From sequence record NC_101840.1: DNA of 49,798 nt. One strand, 5' to 3'. This stretch comes from a phage. Both the position numbers and the translations under genes were made by a program. Position 1 is the first letter of the stretch, and every line of letters starts with the position of its first letter. Below are positions 27,105-36,256 of this stretch, one piece after another. Under the pieces are notes generated by a model. That model was not told the origin of the DNA, did no database searches, and saw only the letters and a list, made by a program, of their open reading frames with translations.

Positions 27105-29059
27105 TAAACAATTTCCCCCAATTGATGATCTGTTAGCGCCTTGTGCCATATACGGAAGTTTCTAACGTGCCCGAAAAGATGGCGTTCGCCTGTACTTGTT
27201 TGTCCGCCAATCCTTATAGTAGCCGTTGATACTATATATCTCCATTCCGTTTTTGTTTCGCTTGACATTCTGGCATTACTTACACAACAAGTATTGTAAT
27301 CACTCTTTACTCTCATTCCTATGATCATCTTTTTTAGTTTCGCATTCTCGTTAACCCTTCTGTTTGATTTACCTATATCGCAATAAGGGAATCCATCAGC
27401 ATCGCCTTCGGCAGACCCGAAAGCAAGAATAATTCCCGCACCAGATTGATGACCTCCAGTATCGAAAACACGAGGCGCAGCGTTTGGCGTTATACTCCAG
27501 TTTTTATGAGCTTCCACAAGCACTGTAAACGGCAAATTGTAAAGGTTGTTTTTTATTGGCAATGTAACCATATCGCTTGCCCTTGTTGTCGGACTTTTAT
27601 TAGTTATAATGAATGATGAAGCGCAAGATCCAACCTCTACTTGAGGAGTTGTTAAATCCATAAAGCTATTTTCATCAAAAACTTCTCCTTGTTTATTAAC
27701 GACCTGTATTACCCCCCTAATGTAAGTTGATTCATCAGTAACTTTGTAAACTATTTCTGCAAAAATCCATTCCCCGTCTATGGTAGCGTTCTTTAGCACT
27801 ATGTTTTTTGCGTCAACTCCAGAAGTTGCCACCCCTAAGTTATCGCAATCAATAATAGCAGAAGCAACAGAAGATAAAGGATCTCCCTTGTCAAATCTTG
27901 CTGCAAATCTTACATTTTTCCCCTTAGCCCTAAAAGATATTGTAACTCCATCACCCTTTACAACTGCAATCTTATTTGCAGTAGGTCCAGCTATAACAGT
28001 GTAAGAGCCTACGCCACCTAAATATTCCCCTGGTTTAAATGTTGCATACTTAAACCCCCTTTCATCAGTCTTAGTTTCACCTCTTTCTAATCCTGGATTT
28101 GGATTCCATGATTCAGGCTTATTTGAATTTACAAAATAGTTTGTTCTCTGCCCTTCAATCAAAAGACCATCCTTTTCAAATCTAGGTTCATCAATAGCAG
28201 CATCAGTAAGCAACCCAGACTTATTAATGTAAGTAGCGGTTGATGCACGTTTAAACTTAACAATCTTGTCACCTGGCATCGTGATCTCATCATCACCTAT
28301 GACAATCTTTTTGTATGACGGCGAGAATCCGGTGATCATATCCAGGGAATCATTAAATGGTATCCACACGTCAGGTAGAGGCTGCAATAAATCTTTGTAA
28401 GGTTCTGCGGCCTGTTTTGCGTATTCCTCCGCTTGATCTCGCGCACTTTCAGCGCCTGCCTTTGCGGTGTTCGCAGCATCACGCGCAGTTTCAGCGCCTT
28501 TTCTTGCAGTTTCAGCGCCAGTCTTTGCAGTGTTTGCAGCGTCGCGCGCGGATTCAGCGGCAGCCTTTGCAGTGTCAGCACCTTTCTTGCTATTCTTTGC
28601 ATTTGTTGCGCTTGTCTTTGCGTTATTCTCGCTAGTTTTAGCTGCCTTCTGGCTTGCTGCGGCTGCGTCAGCATTTGTCTTTACGTCTTCCTGGATCTTC
28701 TGTAGCTTATCCCAATCAAAATCCTTGATGATCTCAATAAATCCAGCAAACTCCGATTCCTTCCCCTGGTAATAACGCAACGTTTCCGCTACGTCTTGCG
28801 CAAGACCGTCAACCGTTAACGAGTCATGAAGCAAGATCAGGTAATTTGTCTTCTGTACTACCGCGCCTCCAGTAGTAATTGCGCGAATGCTTGTATCGCT
28901 AATCACTTCTGTAATCACAGCAGCTTGCAAAGGTTGAGCAAGAAAGAAAATAGTTGCACCTGGGCGAATCAAGGTTAATTGCTCACGCCATTTTGTACCG
29001 TAACCAGTTACATAACCTTGCGCGTCCATAGACGCTTGGCCTTGTCTGTAAATCGCCAT
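27104..29059 (-). CDS. side tail fibre protein (about 651 aa)
   Basis: N-terminal Ala/Thr/Lys-rich fibre repeats; GGAGG RBS before ATG 29059 (track start 29083 is GTG). Confidence 0.7.
   Translation of the reverse strand: MAIYRQGQASMDAQGYVTGYGTKWREQLTLIRPGATIFFLAQPLQAAVITEVISDTSIRAITTGGAVVQKTNYLILLHDSLTVDGLAQDVAETLRYYQGKESEFAGFIEIIKDFDWDKLQKIQEDVKTNADAAAASQKAAKTSENNAKTSATNAKNSKKGADTAKAAAESARDAANTAKTGAETARKGAETARDAANTAKAGAESARDQAEEYAKQAAEPYKDLLQPLPDVWIPFNDSLDMITGFSPSYKKIVIGDDEITMPGDKIVKFKRASTATYINKSGLLTDAAIDEPRFEKDGLLIEGQRTNYFVNSNKPESWNPNPGLERGETKTDERGFKYATFKPGEYLGGVGSYTVIAGPTANKIAVVKGDGVTISFRAKGKNVRFAARFDKGDPLSSVASAIIDCDNLGVATSGVDAKNIVLKNATIDGEWIFAEIVYKVTDESTYIRGVIQVVNKQGEVFDENSFMDLTTPQVEVGSCASSFIITNKSPTTRASDMVTLPIKNNLYNLPFTVLVEAHKNWSITPNAAPRVFDTGGHQSGAGIILAFGSAEGDADGFPYCDIGKSNRRVNENAKLKKMIIGMRVKSDYNTCCVSNARMSSETKTEWRYIVSTATIRIGGQTSTGERHLFGHVRNFRIWHKALTDHQLGEIV
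28430..28640. repeat. degenerate short repeats encoding Ala/Thr/Lys-rich fibre segment
   Basis: reiterated GCNGAA/ACNGCNAAA-type codon blocks. Confidence 0.4.
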
Positions 29060-29074
29060 TTGTAAAATCCTCCT

Positions 29075-29096
29075 AAATAGCACTTTTTGCTAATGA
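29075..29096 (+). promoter_or_regulatory. conserved junction box, inverted relative to the leftward fibre gene
   Basis: AAATAGCACTTTTTGCTAATGA about 16 nt upstream of the fibre gene start on the opposite strand. Confidence 0.45.
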
Positions 29097-29123
29097 CAAT
29101 GCAGATAATAGCATTTTCAAGTG

Positions 29124-29149
29124 CAAAAAAAAACCCCGCATAAGCGGGG
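29124..29149 (-). terminator. rho-independent terminator after primase gene
   Basis: on minus strand: CCCCGC-TTAT-GCGGGG hairpin followed by T8. Confidence 0.6.
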
Positions 29150-29165
29150 CAATACTAGCGGAGTT

Positions 29166-30095
29166 TTATAGCAGTGATTCGGGCTTGTAGAGTTTTCTTT
29201 CTACTCCCTGTTTAAAATTATCGTTAACAGGCATCATTATGTCAAGCCCTCTTTCCTCTGCCGCGATTATCACATCACGATCATCTTTCCGGCAGACTAC
29301 GCGCATTCTTCTTTCTCCTTTATATCTATGCGCAACCATTTCAAGATTTGAAGGAGTAAAACAGGCCCACACCTCTTGACCAGTTGATAAATGAACATGC
29401 TGAGAATCAACCCAATCAAGGCACAAATAGATCGTCTTATCTGTACTACCTGTTTTAACAACAGATCCGCGCGTGTAGTCGCGAGCTAAAAACCAATCCT
29501 TTCCATCCTCATCAATGAAAAGCACGTTACACATTTCATCATCCAGCCCGTCATCATGCACAAGGTGACAAGGTAGCGCGTGAATGTATCGACCATCCTT
29601 GACGCCGCAATCATAATGACAATCTTCCGGCGGATATATCCCCTCATAAACGCTTAAAGGTGTGCGATCGAATTTTAATGTTTTTGCCATCACTTTTTCG
29701 CAACATTCATGACTTGCCTGTTTCCCGAACGAGTAACCAGAAGAGCGCGAAGCGCGTTTGTTTGCTCTGATCCTGTAATCTTGTGGCACTTTTCCGAGGA
29801 AGCGGCCCAAAATGTTGATGGCCTCGCTGTAAGGTTCGCCAGTTAATTTCATTAACCAACCGATCCCCGTGTCGTTGCCGCACACGTTGCAGATCGCGCC
29901 GCCGTCGCCCTCTTCATTTAGCTTATCAGTCCATCTAAAACGATCCTTACCGCCGCAGTGTGGGCAAGGTTGATGCTTTTTGTTGAAAACATCGCTATGC
30001 AGTCCGCAAATGCTTTGTAGTGCTTCACGCCATAACCCCTTCATATATGGCAAAACATCTTCTTTCTGATAGGTCATAAAGTTTTCAGTATTCAT
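29166..30095 (-). CDS. DNA primase (zinc-ribbon plus TOPRIM-like)
   Basis: CPHCGGKDRFRW zinc-ribbon motif, acidic DEDGKD TOPRIM-like motif; GAGG RBS before ATG 30095 (track start 30173). Confidence 0.7.
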   Translation of the reverse strand: MNTENFMTYQKEDVLPYMKGLWREALQSICGLHSDVFNKKHQPCPHCGGKDRFRWTDKLNEEGDGGAICNVCGNDTGIGWLMKLTGEPYSEAINILGRFLGKVPQDYRIRANKRASRSSGYSFGKQASHECCEKVMAKTLKFDRTPLSVYEGIYPPEDCHYDCGVKDGRYIHALPCHLVHDDGLDDEMCNVLFIDEDGKDWFLARDYTRGSVVKTGSTDKTIYLCLDWVDSQHVHLSTGQEVWACFTPSNLEMVAHRYKGERRMRVVCRKDDRDVIIAAEERGLDIMMPVNDNFKQGVERKLYKPESLL

Positions 30096-30106
30096 GGAAA
30101 ACCTCA

Positions 30107-30143
30107 ATAAAAAAGCCCAGCAAATATTATCATTTCGCTGGGC
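30107..30143 (-). terminator. weak terminator-like hairpin
   Basis: on minus strand: GCCCAGC ... GCTGGGC with 15-nt loop followed by T-run. Confidence 0.3.
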
Positions 30144-30150
30144 CTTATCA

Positions 30151-30627
30151 TTAGCTATTCGTGCTGTTATCACCTTTGTAGAATCGTCCGCCTGGTTCGT
30201 AGTCTGAATTTTTGACTACGCGCAACATATCGTATTTGTCGCAACGGGTAGTAAGAGGCTTACCGTTAGAATCAAACCGCAGATCTGGACGACAAAATGA
30301 TGCGCGGTATCCTTTGCATCCATTATATTTGTAGTCGTTATGCACCTTTTGTGCTCCAGCGGCTGAAATCATACCACGCTTTCGCCACTGGTTAACGACT
30401 TGCTGAGATACGCGCAGACGTCGAGCCATAGCAGGAACGCCGCCGTAATACTCGATCAGAATGTCAAGGCGAGATTTCAGGCTTGCTTTTACCTCATCTC
30501 GCAGGATAAGAAATCCGGTTCGGTGTTTTCGTGGTTTTTTGTCTTTACCTCGTCGCGTTCCGTTGTTACCGTTAATAGTGCGCTTGTCGATCTCACCCGT
30601 AGATACTGCAATTCGTGCATCTTTCAT
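30151..30627 (-). CDS. HTH DNA-binding protein (Cro/YdaS-like helix-turn-helix)
   Basis: LRVSQQVVNQWRKRG helix-turn-helix signature, basic N-terminal region; GAGGTGA RBS. Confidence 0.5.
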   Translation of the reverse strand: MKDARIAVSTGEIDKRTINGNNGTRRGKDKKPRKHRTGFLILRDEVKASLKSRLDILIEYYGGVPAMARRLRVSQQVVNQWRKRGMISAAGAQKVHNDYKYNGCKGYRASFCRPDLRFDSNGKPLTTRCDKYDMLRVVKNSDYEPGGRFYKGDNSTNS

Positions 30628-30636
30628 CTAGTCACC

Positions 30637-30658
30637 TCATAGCATTTTTTGTTAAAAC
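30637..30658 (+). promoter_or_regulatory. conserved junction box, sense to helicase gene; overlaps RBS of divergent HTH gene
   Basis: CATAGCATTTTTTGTTAAAAC. Confidence 0.5.
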
Positions 30659-30714
30659 AGTTTATTGTAATTAGTCTATTATATACTCCAAATGGCATTT
30701 TTTAAAGGTTTAAG

Positions 30715-32712
30715 ATGATTCCAAATATCGAAAAACAAATATCAGCATTAGGCGAGGCAGTAATAAAAAGCATCCAAGAGCGATTCACGGTTGGCAATAT
30801 AGTGCCTTATCCTTATCAGTGCGTTGCGTATGCAGAGATCGCAAAGCGCATGAAAAACTATGAGCATCCTTTCTTTGTTAAGGCTTCTGTATCGGCTGGC
30901 AAAACATTGATGTTTGCGATGGTTGCGGCGCAATGCCGCAAAATGGGATTGAAAATGATGGTCCTTGCTCGCCAGGCTGAAATTGTTGATCAGGATTCGG
31001 AAGAGATCAGCAATCTTGGCGTGCCAAACTCAATCTATTGCGCCGGACTGAAAACAAAAAGCGCATACTTTCCGATCGTAGTCGGTTCTGAGGGCACTGT
31101 AGTAAACGGATTGTTTAAGTCGTTAGGTGATTATGTTCCGCACGTTATCGGTATTGATGAATGTCACCAGGTGGATTGGGAGGATCTCGCGGACGCGATA
31201 GAAAATAATGAATCTTACCAGCAGATGACCACTAAGAAGGATTTGCCTGTACTGATTGGAGAAGAACAGCAATTTGATTCCAATGGCGATCCAATGTTCG
31301 GAACAGGGCGCACACAGTACACCGTAATAATCATGGAAATGATGCGTAGGTGTCGCGAGGCATACGGGCACGAATTGCGAATATTCGGCATGACTGGATC
31401 TGAGTTTCGCGGCGTGGTTCCAATACTGGTTGAAGATAAGAACAAAAAGGGATTCTGGCGTGAGCAGGTGACTAACATAGACACAAACTACTTAATCAAA
31501 TTCGGTTCGGTAGTGCCAACAAACTTCGGCGACGTAGGCGACCTGGGTTATGACCTTTCAGAGTTCGAAGCCAGTAGCGAGGATGGCGTTTCAGACTTTG
31601 ACGCTAAAACATTGCGCAAGATGGAAGAAAAGATCCATCAAGACGCAACAATGACACAGAAAATCATGGCTAAAGTCCATGAGATATGCAAAGACAGGAA
31701 CGGAGTTTTAGTTACATGCGCAGGGGAAAGGCACTGCAAGGAGGCCGCCGCCGCACTGCCGCCAGGCGTTGAATACAGGATCATAACTGGCAAGACTGGA
31801 GATAATCAGCGTAAAGAGTGGCTGAGGGAGGCATACGAGGGAAAAGTAAAATACATCTTCCAGGTACAGGCGCTTACCACTGGCGTTAACGTTCCGTTTT
31901 GGGATACTTCTGTAATACTGAGAAAGATAGGATCTCTAACATTGCTTATCCAGCTTTTGGGGCGCGGCATGCGACTGCTTAAGCAATGGCACATTGAGCA
32001 GGGATTCAAGAAAAAAGATCATCTTGTGTTGGATTTTGCAGGTACTATGGATGAGTTAGGTGATTTGTATTTCGATCCAATCCTTGAGCAAGCGCAATTC
32101 CAAAAGAGATTTACAAACGGGAAAGAGCCTAAGACTTGTCCGATATGTGGAACGCTAAACAGCTTTTACGCTCGCCGATGTATGCACGTAGACGATAACG
32201 GGAAGCGATGTGAGCATTTTTGGACTTACAGAATTTGCGAGGACCAGGTAGATCCGAGAACGAAAAAGATAATCAAGCGCGGTTGTGGAACAAAAAACGA
32301 CGTAGTGGCGAGAGTATGCCGTTGTTGCGATATTTCTCTTGTCGATCCTAACGAGAAGTTAAGCGGTAAGCACTACACCAAAAACGATTGGTGCAACGTT
32401 AAATCTTTCCGCGTTGATATGACGAAAAACCAGAAAGGAATTATTTTTTGCTATGAGCTTGAGGCCAACGGCGACACGTTCAAGGCATACGAAAGATTTT
32501 TCCCTGAGTCAGAAAGCAACATTTGCCGGACGATATGGAGAAAAATAGCATTGCAGCACATACCGGATCGCAAGATTGCTGGTATGGTGGCGAGCTATAG
32601 AAATGCTCGTAAAATAATGTCATACGCTCATCACATCATGCCGCCTGTACGCGTAACGCATCGCAAAAACGGCAAAGGTGAGGATAACATTGCAAAACGG
32701 GAGTTTGTTTAA
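30715..32712 (+). CDS. SF2 DNA helicase with C-terminal Cys-rich zinc-finger region
   Basis: Walker A SAGKT, DECH box (GIDECHQ), later helicase motifs, CPICG/CxxC cluster. Confidence 0.8.
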   Translation: MIPNIEKQISALGEAVIKSIQERFTVGNIVPYPYQCVAYAEIAKRMKNYEHPFFVKASVSAGKTLMFAMVAAQCRKMGLKMMVLARQAEIVDQDSEEISNLGVPNSIYCAGLKTKSAYFPIVVGSEGTVVNGLFKSLGDYVPHVIGIDECHQVDWEDLADAIENNESYQQMTTKKDLPVLIGEEQQFDSNGDPMFGTGRTQYTVIIMEMMRRCREAYGHELRIFGMTGSEFRGVVPILVEDKNKKGFWREQVTNIDTNYLIKFGSVVPTNFGDVGDLGYDLSEFEASSEDGVSDFDAKTLRKMEEKIHQDATMTQKIMAKVHEICKDRNGVLVTCAGERHCKEAAAALPPGVEYRIITGKTGDNQRKEWLREAYEGKVKYIFQVQALTTGVNVPFWDTSVILRKIGSLTLLIQLLGRGMRLLKQWHIEQGFKKKDHLVLDFAGTMDELGDLYFDPILEQAQFQKRFTNGKEPKTCPICGTLNSFYARRCMHVDDNGKRCEHFWTYRICEDQVDPRTKKIIKRGCGTKNDVVARVCRCCDISLVDPNEKLSGKHYTKNDWCNVKSFRVDMTKNQKGIIFCYELEANGDTFKAYERFFPESESNICRTIWRKIALQHIPDRKIAGMVASYRNARKIMSYAHHIMPPVRVTHRKNGKGEDNIAKREFV

Positions 32713-33131
32713 TGGCTATAACTGATAAAGGAGATTATCTTGAGTTTTACGAAAGAGATCCAACCGACACGAGAAAGGAAGTTAATCACCAGATAGATAG
32801 CTTTCAGTGGTTGACTTATGCTCATCCTTATTTGCTAGCGTGGCATACGGTAAACGAGAATGAGAAGTCGAAAGTAACGGCGATGATTGATCAGCAGTCC
32901 GGCTTGGTTAAGGGGGTAAGCGATTTCATCATCCTGATTGGTTCAAACGGAAAATACCCCTTTGCAGCGATTGAGATCAAACGAGTTAATAAATCAGGCA
33001 AGGGGAAAGCATCACCAGTCAGCGATGAACAAAAGGCTTTTTTGCGTCGCGTTCGCAGCTTAGGAGGATTCGCTGCGGTCGCCTACGGATTTAATCAGTT
33101 TAAGTTAGCTATTGAATACATGCTTAAATAG
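32712..33131 (+). CDS. VRR-NUC domain nuclease
   Basis: GVSDF...AAIEIK PD-(D/E)XK pattern of VRR-NUC proteins; coupled to helicase. Confidence 0.6.
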   Translation: MAITDKGDYLEFYERDPTDTRKEVNHQIDSFQWLTYAHPYLLAWHTVNENEKSKVTAMIDQQSGLVKGVSDFIILIGSNGKYPFAAIEIKRVNKSGKGKASPVSDEQKAFLRRVRSLGGFAAVAYGFNQFKLAIEYMLK

Positions 33132-33147
33132 CACTTTTTGTTAAAAC
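33126..33147 (+). promoter_or_regulatory. conserved junction box (consensus copy), sense
   Basis: AAATAGCACTTTTTGTTAAAAC; TAG is the stop of the VRR-NUC gene; hairpin TGGCGCG...GCGCCA and CATAAT follow. Confidence 0.55.
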
Positions 33148-33210
33148 TGGCGCGATGGATTGCGCCATAATTCAATAACACGAGATAGCTTTTAATAGCG
33201 GAGAAATGAA

Positions 33211-33936
33211 ATGGCTAAAGATATTTTAGATAAAGACACCCATGACGCATTCGTTAGCTTTGAGCAGTTGGAGAGAGAAACATTTATAGGGAATGCCCTT
33301 GCAACTGGAGGCCATTACCAGGCAGTAAAGCCAAATCAATATTATAAGGTAAGCGGCAACCGATACGCTGGAAGCACTACGCCGGACGTTGTGCGCGATA
33401 TGTGGAGCACGCCTCAAGAGATCGTGGAGTGGATGGAATCAGAATTTGGTGAATACGATCTCGACGCGGCAGCAAGCCATGAAAACGCAGTTTGCGAGAA
33501 GTTCTATAGCAAGGAAACAAACTGCTTAAAGCGTTGGTGGGGTAGCAACAAGCACGTATGGCTTAACCCGCCGTACAGCAACCCAACTCCATTTATCAAG
33601 AAAGCAATTGAGCAAATGGAGCACAACAACCAAATTGATGTTTTGTTGCCATCCGACAACTCTACAGCATGGTTTTATGAGGCGCAGAAAAACGCGGCTG
33701 AAATCATCTGGATCACTGGCGAGGTTTACGAAGAGGGGGGAGTGGAATATTCCCGCACCGGAAGAATCGCCTTTGTGTCTGGATTGACTGGCGAGCCTGT
33801 ACAGGGCAACAATAAGGGAAGCGTGATTTTTGTCATGCGCAAACTTAAAGAAGGCGAGGAGCAGAAAACGCGATACGTTAAGATCAGCGATATTTGCCCC
33901 TCTGTAACCGAACGCCGCGCGCGCAAACGGAGCTAA
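33211..33936 (+). CDS. dam: DNA N6-adenine methyltransferase (phage Dam type)
   Basis: catalytic NPPY motif (WLNPPYSN) and SAM-binding-like region. Confidence 0.8.
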   Translation: MAKDILDKDTHDAFVSFEQLERETFIGNALATGGHYQAVKPNQYYKVSGNRYAGSTTPDVVRDMWSTPQEIVEWMESEFGEYDLDAAASHENAVCEKFYSKETNCLKRWWGSNKHVWLNPPYSNPTPFIKKAIEQMEHNNQIDVLLPSDNSTAWFYEAQKNAAEIIWITGEVYEEGGVEYSRTGRIAFVSGLTGEPVQGNNKGSVIFVMRKLKEGEEQKTRYVKISDICPSVTERRARKRS

Positions 33937-33940
33937 CACG

Positions 33941-34198
33941 ATGAAAAAAGAGAGAAGCGTTTATTTAAATGAAACTGGCGAGTGGTTGTTATTTCGCGCT
34001 ATGGTGTGCGATGCACTTGATAAAAACCCTAACGTGAAAAAGATGATTGATTGCGATCCGTGGGAATTTTCAAGCGCATTAGATATGAGCTTTGATGAGA
34101 CAAGGAAACTCCCTCTTGAAAAATGGCACGAACAAATCAGAAATGATATGCAAGAGTTTGTAGATTCGTGGAATTTTCAGAACGGAATGATCCACTAA
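33941..34198 (+). CDS. hypothetical protein (85 aa)
   Basis: track ORF. Confidence 0.45.
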   Translation: MKKERSVYLNETGEWLLFRAMVCDALDKNPNVKKMIDCDPWEFSSALDMSFDETRKLPLEKWHEQIRNDMQEFVDSWNFQNGMIH

Positions 34199-34218
34199 TA
34201 GCACTTTTTGTTAAAACG
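34197..34218 (+). promoter_or_regulatory. conserved junction box, sense
   Basis: TAATAGCACTTTTTGTTAAAAC; hairpin GCCCGGC...GTCGGGC, ATAATT and leader TTCATCGAAACGAAC follow. Confidence 0.55.
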
Positions 34219-34267
34219 CCCGGCATTTTGTCGGGCATAATTATTTCATCGAAACGAACGTGAGGAA

Positions 34268-34453
34268 ATGAAAATGGTAGTATATAGCAAGAAAGCATTT
34301 GACCAGGCGCAACAAGCCGCACGCGAGGCGGTAAAAGGTGGAACGAAAAACAATATGCAGCTTGATTGGGGCGCTGCAATGATTCTACTTCGCGTTGCAT
34401 ATGGTCACTACCCATTAGAATTTGCGGAGGCATATTATAAGCATGAAGGTTGA
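34268..34453 (+). CDS. hypothetical protein (61 aa)
   Basis: track ORF; GTGAGGAA RBS. Confidence 0.4.
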   Translation: MKMVVYSKKAFDQAQQAAREAVKGGTKNNMQLDWGAAMILLRVAYGHYPLEFAEAYYKHEG

Positions 34454-34685
34454 GCAAGGTAGAGAGGCGGTATGGAATCACGCTAAAGAATGCGGAATAG
34501 CCGACGATATAAAGAAGATCGCGCAATACTTTGATATTGCAGATGTGAGCATAATTAGCGGAGATAAGATGACTTTCCTCAAGGAAAGGCCGCGAAAAAT
34601 GGTAAGAGTTCCAGCAGTTCCAACAAAAATTGATTTCAAAGAGGCAATGGCTAAAATCCGAGAGCCTCGCAAATATTATAAATGA
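34443..34685 (+). CDS. hypothetical protein (80 aa)
   Basis: internal ATG of track ORF 34422..34685 overlapping upstream stop. Confidence 0.4.
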   Translation: MKVEQGREAVWNHAKECGIADDIKKIAQYFDIADVSIISGDKMTFLKERPRKMVRVPAVPTKIDFKEAMAKIREPRKYYK

Positions 34686-34779
34686 GGATAGTTATCATGT
34701 GGCGCTTGTTTGTTCTACCGTTACCCGTTATCATCGCTGTTACAGTTATGTACCATATAGTGATGAGATAGGTAGCAGA

Positions 34780-35895
34780 ATGAAAAATGTAAAAATTACA
34801 GATGAGCAATTCAAGATCGAACGGGCGGCGGGTAAGACATATAAACAGATCGCTCAAGAGTACGGAATGAATGTGAGAAGCGTCGAGCGTCGCGCGGCGC
34901 GACTTGCAAAGCAAGGCCAAGTATCCACAATTGGAGCGCCTGGTTTTGGCGTTCATGGTGAGTCAGTAATGACTGACAAAGAAGGCAACATAATCCTAAA
35001 GTGGACTAAAACCAGCAAGGATAAAGAGCAATTAGAAGCATTAATGCGCGCAGCAATGGAGGCATTTAGCGAGGAAGTGCCGCGATTAGATCCGGTTCCA
35101 TTACAGGAGCGCGACTATAACGAAACGCTTTCCTTGTATCCGATCTTTGACATGCACTTAGGCGCTATGGCCCATAAGCACGAATGCGGCGAAAATTGGG
35201 ATACTGCCACGGCAGAGCGCGTTATGAATAACTTTATTGACTATGCTTTAATGTGCGCACCGGATAGCGAAAAGGCTGTCATCCTGATTGGTGGCGATAT
35301 GCTGCATAGCGACGGCCTGGAGGCGGTTACACCTGCAAGCGGTCACGTACTGGATCAAGATAGTCGATATGCAAAATTGGTTTACGTTGCCATCCGTGCA
35401 ATGCGACGCGCAATCAATAAAATGTTGTTAAAGCATAAACATGTTGAAGTCCAGATCGTAGAGGGCAATCATGACCAATCAGGAATGATTTGGCTGCGCG
35501 CAGCAATGGCGGCAGCATATGAAAACGAGCCGCGCGTTTACGTTGATGTTTCACCTCGCGTTGTGCACCACACGCAATACGGAAAAACTTTCCTTGCGTA
35601 CCATCACGGGCACACAGTGCGTAAACCGGAGACTTTGCTAATGATGTGCGCGTCAGATTGGCGGGAGGACTTCGGAAACTCAAAAACGATGTATGCGCAC
35701 GTAGGGCACTGGCATCACCAGACCGTAACGGAAACGTCGCTTGGCATCGTGGAAGTACATAGCACCCTGGCGGCAAAAGACGCATACGCAGCGCGCGGTG
35801 GCTGGCGATCTCGACGCCGTGCGGCGGTTATCATTTACGACAAAGAGCATGGAGAGGTTGGGCGATTTGTTCACTATCCAGAAATGATGAATTGA
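34780..35895 (+). CDS. calcineurin-like metallophosphoesterase with N-terminal HTH-like domain
   Basis: DxH (FDMHLG), GDxxD (GGDMLHSD), GNHD, GH and GHxH (VGHWHH) motifs; start from internal ATG of track ORF 34630. Confidence 0.6.
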   Translation: MKNVKITDEQFKIERAAGKTYKQIAQEYGMNVRSVERRAARLAKQGQVSTIGAPGFGVHGESVMTDKEGNIILKWTKTSKDKEQLEALMRAAMEAFSEEVPRLDPVPLQERDYNETLSLYPIFDMHLGAMAHKHECGENWDTATAERVMNNFIDYALMCAPDSEKAVILIGGDMLHSDGLEAVTPASGHVLDQDSRYAKLVYVAIRAMRRAINKMLLKHKHVEVQIVEGNHDQSGMIWLRAAMAAAYENEPRVYVDVSPRVVHHTQYGKTFLAYHHGHTVRKPETLLMMCASDWREDFGNSKTMYAHVGHWHHQTVTETSLGIVEVHSTLAAKDAYAARGGWRSRRRAAVIIYDKEHGEVGRFVHYPEMMN

Positions 35896-35941
35896 TGAAT
35901 TTTTATTTAAATCAATGACAAATTAAATCAAAAACTTGCAA

Positions 35942-35971
35942 AGGGGCGGCGTTTGTCGCCTCTTTTTTTTG
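35942..35971 (+). terminator. rho-independent terminator
   Basis: imperfect GC hairpin followed by T8. Confidence 0.5.
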
Positions 35972-36040
35972 TTTAATTTTTTACCATGTACGTTTATCAT
36001 GCGGTCAATATATTGACTTTAATTAATATGGAGAATAAAA

Positions 36041-36256
36041 ATGAAAGATTTTATTAACGCAGCTACCGCTGGATCTGGCGGTTCATCTATCGCAAGCGCC
36101 GCTACAGGGCAGTTAACCATTGCTATTGCCAGCTTTGTTTTAATGGCTGCATTCGGTGCATGGGGCGCTTACCTTCGCTGGCGTGATAGTAAAAAATTCC
36201 ACGAAGCGATCGAAAAAGGTGATATTCAAAAAGCTATTGAAATCAGGGGCAAGTAA
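36041..36256 (+). CDS. holin (pinholin-like, 71 aa)
   Basis: Gly/Ala-rich weakly hydrophobic first segment plus one strong TMD; directly precedes and overlaps endolysin start. Confidence 0.55.
   Translation: MKDFINAATAGSGGSSIASAATGQLTIAIASFVLMAAFGAWGAYLRWRDSKKFHEAIEKGDIQKAIEIRGK

Noticed and set aside
28336-28772. Track ORFs on both strands (28336-28674, 28357-28635, 28433-28705, 28467-28772) overlapping the tail-fibre repeat region
   Set aside because: They arise from the low-complexity Ala/Thr-codon repeats of the fibre gene, which keep alternative frames open; no independent start signals.
33126-33175. Reading the box as a canonical sigma70 promoter using its internal TTGTTA as -35 and the downstream TAnnnT as -10
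   Set aside because: The spacer is 21-23 nt rather than 16-18 and no alternative hexamer at proper spacing is conserved; kept as a promoter-like element of unknown recognition.
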